64,000 nt of DNA from Sporopachydermia quercuum (taxonomy: Eukaryota). The DNA is taken from the NCBI GenBank assembly GCA_001599295.1, contig BCGN01000001.1, positions 1,984,001 to 2,048,000 of the forward strand, read 5' to 3'. This document shows, piece by piece, positions 55,643-64,000 of the stretch. The notes under the pieces were generated by a model. The model saw only the letters and a list, made by a program, of their open reading frames with translations, did not search any database and had not been told where the DNA came from. The stretch's first letter is position 1. The number at the start of each line of letters is the position of its first letter. The position numbers were made by a program, and so were the translations under genes.

Positions 55643-58273
55643 ATGCTCTGGCTGACTTCCTTACCAAAAGTTCTGTTGGAGAGCTTTTGGGTTTTGACCC
55701 TCCTCTACCCTCAACATTCTTCATCTGCTGGCATAGCTGTTCATCTAACTGTGTCATCAAGAGCTCATTCCGCATTACCTGTTGATATCTCTCATGAATC
55801 TCTGATTCCTTACTTTCAAGCTGGAACATTTTTTCCTGATGCGTTCTATAATTGTCTTGGATTATCAGAGGCAGCGGAGGAGGCTCATTGGCCCCCGTTC
55901 TTACTAGCTGCAGTACATCACTACTATACTAAGTATGGAAGATCATCTGCAACTAGTTCTATCTCTAGTGCTACTGAATATAACGGTTTAGCTTTCAAAA
56001 CTTTTCTCTACGGAATTTTAAGCCATCAGGTTGCTGATGTATCATGGCATTCACTATATGTGGCTCAGGGTTTTATGGAAATAATCAGCCAACTAGATTT
56101 CAATGGGAATAAAGATAATGCTCATCAGTTTATGGATACGGGTGGTGATATGATTCTAATGGCAAGAGTACTCAGAAACAAGAAGGAAGCTGATAACGAT
56201 TATTTCAATTCTGAGTGGTCAATTCCTGCTGATGATCTTGTTGCCGTCTACCGTAAAATGGGTTACACAACTGTAACTAAGCAAGCTATTCAATACTGCA
56301 TGTTATCAGGTAAAGCAGCAATACAAGCTGAATTATTATCAGCTCCATCTTCTTCATTATATTACATTGATCAATCTCCGTTGATGAATTTTTTATTAGA
56401 AGACTATTATCTTGGTGGACTGAAAGAAATGTCATTTTCTGTGGTAGAGTGCATGCGAAGGTTTGGAATCTGGTTTGAAGATAGGGAAGCAATGCCTGAT
56501 AATGCTTGGAGTCTATGTGGTGTTTTTCGTCCTCACAAACAAGATTTGAAAAAGAAAGAGAAAGAAGACCAGGACAATAATAGATATTCTACTATGATTA
56601 TTAATGATGATGGAGATAAGATTGCTGCTACCAGTGCTCCTGGTAATAGGATTAGTGCTACTAATTCTCACGATACATCAGTCATGGCTGAGTCAAAAGC
56701 TTTATTGAATCCTTTTGATGAAATACCTTTTATCTCAGTTACCAGCTATATTCCTGTATCATATTTTGGTTCTAGTATATTAGTTGGCTATTTTCTTGAC
56801 AATAATAATACTCCTAATAGCAATCATCCTACAATTGCTGTCAGTGCACCCTATGAAAATTACCATGGTAATACTACTGGCTCAGTTTATGTTATTCCTT
56901 TAAAGGAAATAACTAGTTCTACTACTACAACTACATCTTCTACTAAAATTCACCCTAATATTGAAGCCAGTCCCATGGGAACTGCGCTATATGAATATAA
57001 CTATCCGCAGCAGTTTGGTTATAGTATGACGAAACTATCATTGACTGATCACTATGAAGAAGATATACTAATAATCTCATCACCAGGTGATTCTACAATT
57101 TATTTTTATAGAAGCAATGAGCTTCTATTAACTATCCCTGGTAGGTTATTAGATAAAACCTTTACGAAGTATGGATCAACAGGTAATGGTATTAAACTGT
57201 TAGGTAATTGTATGAAAGTTATAGGCCAAGGTAACACTTCAACTCTTCTTATATCAAGTGCTTATTCGGATGCTAGGAAAGACACTCCGGCAGCAAATAC
57301 CAATCCTGAAGAATTGTCAAATAGATTCAATAATGTCCAACAGCAAGGTGCTGTATATGCTATTGGAAATCTAACGGGAGGATTGGTATATGGAACTGAC
57401 TTTTTTACTGTGGATAAAATTGTGTCTCCTGATAAGAATGCGTACTCACAATTTGGATATGAGATAGCTGTTAGCGACAAGTATTTTTATATTTCTGCTT
57501 TTGGTGCATCAACAGTTTACGCTTATAGAGTAAAAGATTTGAAGATGATTGGTGAAATTGATAGTAGTGTGAGTACCAAGAAGTATCATAAGAAACCACA
57601 GGAACAACAGGAAGAGACTACCACTAGTAGTAACATTAACAATAATAAGAACAGTAATGATTTCAATACATTTGCTTCACCCAGTAGAAACGGATTGTTT
57701 GGTAGAAGTATCGCAGCTGGTAATTGCAATAACATTGAATGGGTAATAATTGGAGCTCCTTCTAGTAAAGGAGGATCAGCATATTTATATATTGTCAACT
57801 CTGATGATAATGATAGTATTATCAACAATAATAATGCCGAGTCAATTCATTTGATGAAAAGTTTCAACGTTGGCAATAATTTTGGTTACTCTATGGAGAT
57901 GTACAACAATTGTCTAATATACGTTTCATCACCGTTTGGTGATGATGGGAAAGGAGTTTTATGGATTGTTGATATAAGAAAGTTAAGCAATGAGAAGAGA
58001 AAAGAGATTATGGAAAATAATCAAAACAAGGAAACTGAAAGTACGGATCCATCTGGAATACCAAATCCTATTAGAATTCTGACAGGAGAATCAATTGAAC
58101 TGTTTTCTGGATTTGGTGATGTTATTTTTCCTTTTAAAGATGAAGTTGACAATAAGGATAAATTAGCGATTGGGGTACCAAATTATGGGTTCTCACAATA
58201 TATTCAAGATAATAGGAAGTCTACAGGTGTAGTTAGGATTTATGATATTGACCTTGATAATGCTTTGTCATAG
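55643..58273 (+). CDS. Secreted GPI-specific phospholipase D (GPLD1-like): Zn-dependent phospholipase domain plus FG-GAP propeller
   Basis: Signal peptide then AGIAVH; QAGTFFPDAFY, EEAHWPPFL, FLYGILSHQVADVSWHSL, AHQFMDTGGD; FG-GAP-like repeats YFGSS..IAVSAP..GSVY, QFGYS, QFGYEIA, LFGRSI..IIGAP, GFGD..AIGVP..GVV. Confidence 0.88.
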   Translation: MLWLTSLPKVLLESFWVLTLLYPQHSSSAGIAVHLTVSSRAHSALPVDISHESLIPYFQAGTFFPDAFYNCLGLSEAAEEAHWPPFLLAAVHHYYTKYGRSSATSSISSATEYNGLAFKTFLYGILSHQVADVSWHSLYVAQGFMEIISQLDFNGNKDNAHQFMDTGGDMILMARVLRNKKEADNDYFNSEWSIPADDLVAVYRKMGYTTVTKQAIQYCMLSGKAAIQAELLSAPSSSLYYIDQSPLMNFLLEDYYLGGLKEMSFSVVECMRRFGIWFEDREAMPDNAWSLCGVFRPHKQDLKKKEKEDQDNNRYSTMIINDDGDKIAATSAPGNRISATNSHDTSVMAESKALLNPFDEIPFISVTSYIPVSYFGSSILVGYFLDNNNTPNSNHPTIAVSAPYENYHGNTTGSVYVIPLKEITSSTTTTTSSTKIHPNIEASPMGTALYEYNYPQQFGYSMTKLSLTDHYEEDILIISSPGDSTIYFYRSNELLLTIPGRLLDKTFTKYGSTGNGIKLLGNCMKVIGQGNTSTLLISSAYSDARKDTPAANTNPEELSNRFNNVQQQGAVYAIGNLTGGLVYGTDFFTVDKIVSPDKNAYSQFGYEIAVSDKYFYISAFGASTVYAYRVKDLKMIGEIDSSVSTKKYHKKPQEQQEETTTSSNINNNKNSNDFNTFASPSRNGLFGRSIAAGNCNNIEWVIIGAPSSKGGSAYLYIVNSDDNDSIINNNNAESIHLMKSFNVGNNFGYSMEMYNNCLIYVSSPFGDDGKGVLWIVDIRKLSNEKRKEIMENNQNKETESTDPSGIPNPIRILTGESIELFSGFGDVIFPFKDEVDNKDKLAIGVPNYGFSQYIQDNRKSTGVVRIYDIDLDNALS

Positions 58274-59244
58274 CATTATCACTATTGGTATATAGTATGA
58301 GAGGTATATTCGGAGAAATTGGACTGGATTGTATATGGTATGAAAGGAAATGGTTGTTGGTTAATAAATGGAAATAAACGTTATTGATAAATACTAATAA
58401 AACATGATAGTAAGATATGATTAACTGGGTATCTGTATAGAACACAAGTAAATAAGTAACATTAATGTTTTAACTGAGGATGCAACCCTATAAGAGTTTG
58501 GAGGAGCTAGCTATATACTTATCGATCCCTTGAAGAATCATTTCTCTTCTTCTACTACTATTACTTATAGTTAGATTATCGATTTAATCTTCTATTTATT
58601 TATATATTTACAAGATATATCATACACACAAAACAATAAAGTAGAGAATGATGTTATACGATAAAATTGATTATACCGAAGCAAGAAAAATCAGTTATGC
58701 ATAACATGGAATCAGGGATATACTAAGAAGAAAAATCCCAATTGTTGATGTGACATATGGTTTATATCAATATCGTCCCCAACTCTTACTACTGATACAT
58801 TTTTGACATATGCCAACTAGTGCTTCCCTAAGTTTACCCATGTACTCCATATACAGATTCCTATGCTAATCATAAGAAGAATCATTACCATGATATACTT
58901 CATTAAAGAAGCTTCCCAAAAGAACTGTGAAATCATCTCAACGTTGAGCACATGAATATTCCGAGTTTCTAGTATAATCTTGACATGACAATAACTAAGT
59001 AAAGAGCTAACCAAGTCAATCATAAAACCACTACAATGCAGTATATAAATTTCTATAGCTCAAAAATATAATACAGGCAACGCAGCAACAATGGCAATAC
59101 TGTACCAAAAGAAACCAGATTGTACAGAGCTGTTAGTTTAAAATACAGCAACCGCAACAGCCATAATTGTCTCATAAGTATCAATCAATTAATTTATTCC
59201 TGTACGATCTCAGTAACATTCAAACTACTACATTCAAAATCCAA

Positions 59245-60372
59245 TCACCATTTATTTCTTCTGTGATTGCCTTTGTATCCTCCTCTTTTATCATATCCTA
59301 CCGACGTCCGTCTTTGGTGGTGCATCGCATTTAGTCTTTCTTGTTCCTCCTGATATTTTATTTGTTTCTTTCGTTGCATTTTCTCTCGCGCTTCTAATAG
59401 TTTTCGCTTTGATTCTTCTAACAACTTCCCATCAATGCCTTTATTATGATCAATATCACTTTCTTCTTCTTCTTCTTCAACCGCAGTTCCAGCTTTTGGT
59501 CCATATTTCAGTAACAATCTATTAGAAATATCACCTACCGGGGCACTTATTTTAGTACCAAGTTCTTCAAGCATTTCGATCAACTCATTATAAACTTTCT
59601 TTCTACCTAATAACTCCAAGTCTGAGCTAACTTTCGATCTCTGATCTTCACTATTTGTTACTTTAGCAGCTACATTATTCCAGTCAACTCTACTAGCATT
59701 TTCTTTCGATGAAATATAAATCATAAGCTGATTACCCTTTGATAGATGTTTTTCGAATTCTTTCCTTTTATGAGTTGATAAATCTGCTTGAGAAATGTTC
59801 CAATGAATCAAAATATGCTTAACTCTCTTTTTGTTCTTTTTCTTGTTTTTCTCTCTTTCCTTCTCTTTCATCCTTCGTATAATTTCTAATTCTAATGGAT
59901 CCGTAGCATTTGAAACCGATATATTTTCATTGTCGTTCTCATCGACACGAACAGTTTTGCAAATAACGGTACCATTTGGTTCAATGCTGTCAATAACAAT
60001 TTCATTACTTCTATTAACATATCGAGGATTTGATAAAAGATCCTTTATATGTGTTGATTTGACTCTTTGATTTGAATAGGATACAATAAGATCAACGTAA
60101 CCAGTACGGGAATGTTTTAGAACCTCGCTGATGAGTTTTTGCTTTTCAGGTGAAATATTGGAACGATCAAAAGAGTCCCTAGAATTTGAGGAATTAGAAT
60201 TCTGTGAATGGTTCCATCTTGTTTGAAGCATGAAAGATGCTGTGTCGGATGCAGAAATGAATGGCTTATGCGATTGTGCTGATGATGGTGCTGATGCCAA
60301 TGGAAGTAACAGTTTGGCCGTAATAGGCTTCAATGCTGAAATCGACCTACNGGTCAAAAATTGAACCAACAT
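59245..60372 (-). CDS. AIM23: Mitochondrial translation initiation factor 3 (Aim23)
   Basis: First ATG 60372; presequence-like N-terminus; K-rich linker followed by KHILIHWNISQADLSTHKRKEFEKHLSKG, resembling the Aim23/IF3 C-domain; position beside the GPI-PLD-like gene is consistent. Confidence 0.7.
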   Translation of the reverse strand: MLVQFLTXRSISALKPITAKLLLPLASAPSSAQSHKPFISASDTASFMLQTRWNHSQNSNSSNSRDSFDRSNISPEKQKLISEVLKHSRTGYVDLIVSYSNQRVKSTHIKDLLSNPRYVNRSNEIVIDSIEPNGTVICKTVRVDENDNENISVSNATDPLELEIIRRMKEKEREKNKKKNKKRVKHILIHWNISQADLSTHKRKEFEKHLSKGNQLMIYISSKENASRVDWNNVAAKVTNSEDQRSKVSSDLELLGRKKVYNELIEMLEELGTKISAPVGDISNRLLLKYGPKAGTAVEEEEEESDIDHNKGIDGKLLEESKRKLLEAREKMQRKKQIKYQEEQERLNAMHHQRRTSVGYDKRGGYKGNHRRNKW

Positions 60373-61629
60373 CTTGTAGATATGTAAATATGTAAATATG
60401 TTCACGGCTCTTGATAGACTCGTATGTAGTCAATATAACGGAATTGTTTCCGACTGATGCGACTAGTACACAAATTTATAGTTTTGGAAAGACAGACAAA
60501 AAGGACCTTCTATCGGATCAGACGAACAAAAAGTATCGAGACAATTATATTATAATATTCTTCTTGGATCTAATACAATAAACATGCTGTTATTAATATT
60601 GACAGAGCAAAAAAGCTTATTAAAATAAGAACTTATCTTAGACACGATTCATTAGATATAGTAAATAAATATAATAGCAATATTACTAGATAACAAACAT
60701 AAAAAAGATTCCAAGAAAGTAGATACAATTTTCATTTGGCACGTGACTGAGACTATCAATTTCACGTCTCACTTCGAGGTGTCTAATATCGGGGAGTAGA
60801 TAAAACTCAATAGGTGGGGGTAATATGAAAGATAGCAAATGAAGTGTGGAGATGAAGAGAAAAGCAATATCCCGAATGTGCTATTGATAAGAAAGAAGAA
60901 TGGTAGATGATTTGGTTGGGAATTGAAATGTAAGGTGGTAGTATAAGAAGTTATTAATAGAAAGACTAATGAGACATTTGATTGGAGCTTAATGAGATTG
61001 TTTATAGATTAGGTTAAAGATAAGGAGGAATGAGTAGAAGATGAAGATTGAGGGATTTATAGTTCTGTTGAGTTACCTAACCATGTGATCATGCGATGAT
61101 GTGATGATCAGGCAAAAAGAACTCGGAAGGTCAATTCATTCTGAAGCAAGTACAAACCTCCACCACATACATTTGTGCTTTATTGATTACAATGGGAATA
61201 TTTGGATGTGAAAATTTAGTTATCTGTTCAGCAAAACTTCCATCTTGATAATAGTATAAATCAAATCAAACCAAGAGATTGTTTCACAACANAGGAAGTA
61301 ACAATCGATTAGTCTATTACTTCTGGATGCTTTGAAGTGCAATAACATTTCTATGCATTCTACATGTATCTATTTCACCAGTTTCATTTCTGGCACCTAT
61401 CTATTCATACTTTCTACATCGTCTAAATACATATATCACGCATCACCCACTATCAATCTAACAATCGCTCTCATANTCATTGTCCGGAATAACACGGGGT
61501 TACTCAATCTCATCGGATAAAGGGTGTTCAGATCTGACTAGGGAGGTTTTAATAGCGGGAAATTGTGGAGAGGAATGCAAGTATCCGATTCATTTTCCTA
61601 ATAGGGACTACAAATTCATGTACAGGCGT

Positions 61630-61832
61630 CCAATGACAGGATTTTAGAGGAATTTATCGGAGTGAGAGGATATTCAAAGTGGGGCAAGCTTATTCATAGC
61701 CAATCAAAGGAGGAAGAAATCCTATTATCCCTTGTGCCCCATCCCTAGTGAGATATTATATTACCCGGCTATTCACATAGTAAAACCCCATAATTTGTAT
61801 AATTTTTGATTATCTAATCCAACCATGATTGG
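61630..61832. promoter_or_regulatory. CCAAT boxes upstream of SDH2 (Hap2/3/5 complex)
   Basis: CCAAT at 61630 and 61700 (AGCCAATCA) and ATTGG at 61828 (TGATTGGC), upstream of a respiratory Fe-S gene. Confidence 0.5.
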
Positions 61833-62344
61833 CCTGTAATATCAATTAAAACAAATTCTATTTGATGATACAATTCGTGGAGGTGGGTAGAATGATTACT
61901 ATGACTAGTGGTGAAAATAAAACAGGAAAAATCGAAATTAATAGTTATATTGTAAATTTAAACTGTAAAATATATGTTTTCATTGTTAATTATTAAAAAT
62001 TAGGAGAAATTTCTAAAAAATTAGCAGTCTTTTCATTCAATTACTATGAGGAAAGATGGTAAAAGATTGAGATAAACTTTATTTTAGTAGTGGTANACCA
62101 GTAAGGAAATCCACACATCCCGTCCATCCTCCATAAAAGTTCATAGGAGTTGTTTCTTGTATTAAGACAAAATCAACAGACACTTTTCTTTTTCTTTTTA
62201 CCCCATACTGAAAGATACAATTTTGAGTAAAAGAGTTTGAATGAATTGGTGGTATAATAACAATACTTTTGCATATACTTGGAACTACTAAGTATTGGTG
62301 GAACCAAATAAATAAATAGGTCATTAATAATTATTGAGGTCATA

Positions 62345-63178
62345 ATGTTCAAGACCACTACTCGATTAACAGCTTCGTTAGCATCGCAAGTTGCTAACAG
62401 TTACAGTCGACACATTGTTTCTAAGTCAGCATTACGTGGACTTGCTACAGTTGCAGCTGATAAGCCACCAAGAATTAAGAAGTTCAAGATTTACCGATGG
62501 AATCCAGATACCCCAGAAGAAAAGCCAGAAATGAAGACTTACGAAATCAATTTGAATGAATGCGGTCCCATGGTTTTAGATGCTTTATTAAAGATCAAGA
62601 ATGAACAAGATTCTACTTTGACATTTAGAAGATCTTGCCGTGAAGGTATTTGTGGTTCTTGTGCCATGAATATTGGTGGTACCAACACATTAGCTTGTTT
62701 ATGTAAAATTGAGCAAGATCACAGCAAGGAATTGAAGATCTATCCCTTACCACACATGTTCGTTGTCAGAGATTTAGTTCCTGATCTTACTCATTTCTAC
62801 AAGCAATACAAATCTATTCAACCATATTTACAGAGAGATACCGTTCCAGAAGATGGAACCGAGAACCGGCAATCCATTGCTGACAGAAAGAAGCTCGATG
62901 GTCTTTATGAATGTATCTTATGTGCATGCTGCTCTACATCATGTCCTTCATACTGGTGGAATCAACAAGAGTATTTGGGACCTGCAGTTTTAATGCAAGC
63001 TTTCAGATGGATGATTGATTCAAGAGATGAAGCTACTGCTGCCAGAAAAGAAATGCTTCAAAATTCTATGTCTGTCTACAGATGTCACACCATTATGAAC
63101 TGTTCAAGAACGTGTCCTAAGGGTCTTAACCCTGGTTTAGCTATTGCTGAAATTAAGAAGAGCATGGCTTTTGCTTAA
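62345..63178 (+). CDS. SDH2: Succinate dehydrogenase iron-sulfur subunit
   Basis: [54 protein letters not shown]; mitochondrial presequence. Confidence 0.99.
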   Translation: MFKTTTRLTASLASQVANSYSRHIVSKSALRGLATVAADKPPRIKKFKIYRWNPDTPEEKPEMKTYEINLNECGPMVLDALLKIKNEQDSTLTFRRSCREGICGSCAMNIGGTNTLACLCKIEQDHSKELKIYPLPHMFVVRDLVPDLTHFYKQYKSIQPYLQRDTVPEDGTENRQSIADRKKLDGLYECILCACCSTSCPSYWWNQQEYLGPAVLMQAFRWMIDSRDEATAARKEMLQNSMSVYRCHTIMNCSRTCPKGLNPGLAIAEIKKSMAFA

Positions 63179-63753
63179 ACGGAATAAATGGTATTGAAAA
63201 TTAAGCATTTGGTTACTATTTACCTGGGTTCTTCTTTAGATATTGTTTTGTCGCTGAAATACTGGGTAATTTTTAGCCGACTACAATTTTAAAAAGATAT
63301 TGGTTGAACACTTATTTTTGTAGTCATATATTTATTTATTATTTATTTATTTTCCCTTCATAATTCATCTGTTTATTCAAATAAATTTCATTGTTCATCA
63401 TTAAATTTCCTCCATTCTTATTCTTAATTACTTTCAATGACTTGAGCCAACTTTTCTACCATTGGTTGGTCATTATTCTTAACCGGACAGGAATTTTTCG
63501 GAATTTTGTTTGTCTAATGTCCTATGTTACTCTGGATATTAATTGATTATGTGATCCATAATTATAAGATATTGTTGATGTAATCAGTAGCAATCACTTC
63601 TTCTACAGTTCTGGATTAGTCTAGATAAGCGTAATCTTTTCCAAAGTATCAAATCAAATAGATACCTACAATATGCTACGATAAATTAATTTAGGTAATA
63701 ATTGAACATTTTGAAGTATGAAATTCGGATTTGCAGTAATCGACTAGTTAGAA

Positions 63754-64000
63754 ATGTATCTAACTAAGGAAGAGTTCAATGATCTCATTGAGACGTATTA
63801 TAAAGAGGTCATTCCTAAGAGATCAGTAAGACATCTGGTGAGAGTCGAACTGAAGTATAATCCTGATCCTTCATTACATTTTATCATAAACAATGACAAC
63901 ATAATTTTAGATATTGATATAGTCTACCATCCTTCGTATTTATGTCCAGTTCTGTACTTTTCAGTACTTAAAATATCATCTGACGAATATGGATTTGAAA
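63754..64000 (+). CDS. ATG10: E2-like autophagy enzyme Atg10, 5' part (runs off window)
   Basis: Open frame from ATG 63754: MYLTKEEFNDLIETYY...LDIDIVYHPSYLCPVLYFSVL. The IVYHPSYxxPVLYF motif is characteristic of Atg10/Atg3, and the short N-terminus and position downstream of SDH2 favour Atg10. Absent from the ORF track. Confidence 0.75.
   Translation, partial: MYLTKEEFNDLIETYYKEVIPKRSVRHLVRVELKYNPDPSLHFIINNDNIILDIDIVYHPSYLCPVLYFSVLKISSDEYGFE

Noticed and set aside
58817..59023. 68-aa minus-strand ORF between the GPI-PLD-like gene and AIM23
   Set aside because: No recognisable motif; short hydrophobic ORFs are expected by chance in AT-rich DNA.

Overview
Eukaryotic, AT-rich chromosomal segment from a budding yeast (Saccharomycotina; inferred from gene content, TACTAAC-type branch points and gene neighbourhoods recalled from S. 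cerevisiae). CTG occupies conserved Leu positions, so the standard code appears to apply. I can support 23 protein-coding genes (the last runs off the right end) and one tRNA-Arg(CCG). In order: Zn-ADH, TMEM70-like protein, tRNA-Arg, PRP11, WDR83/MORG1-like, FRS2, Iec1-like zinc finger, TIM21, MDG1/CRP1-like, YPI1, FRS1, Ada-type regulator, RCK2, MLS1, RING-H2 E3, TOF1, AVT2, bacterial-type SDR, PBS2, HFL1, GPI-phospholipase D homologue, AIM23, SDH2, ATG10 (5' part). Seven genes are spliced (12 introns reconstructed by hand), so the ORF track fragments or truncates them. Most notable: a secreted GPLD1-like GPI-PLD with all four conserved His; an Ada-like alkylation sensor fused to a eukaryotic-type Q/N/S tail; an intronless SDR that looks horizontally acquired; both cytosolic PheRS subunit genes 8.3 kb apart; two AAG splice acceptors; an HFL1 terminal intron beside the Atg8-binding region; and several unexplained intergenic hairpins. 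I saw no transposon, rRNA or CRISPR. Family assignments come from motif recognition only; no database search was run.
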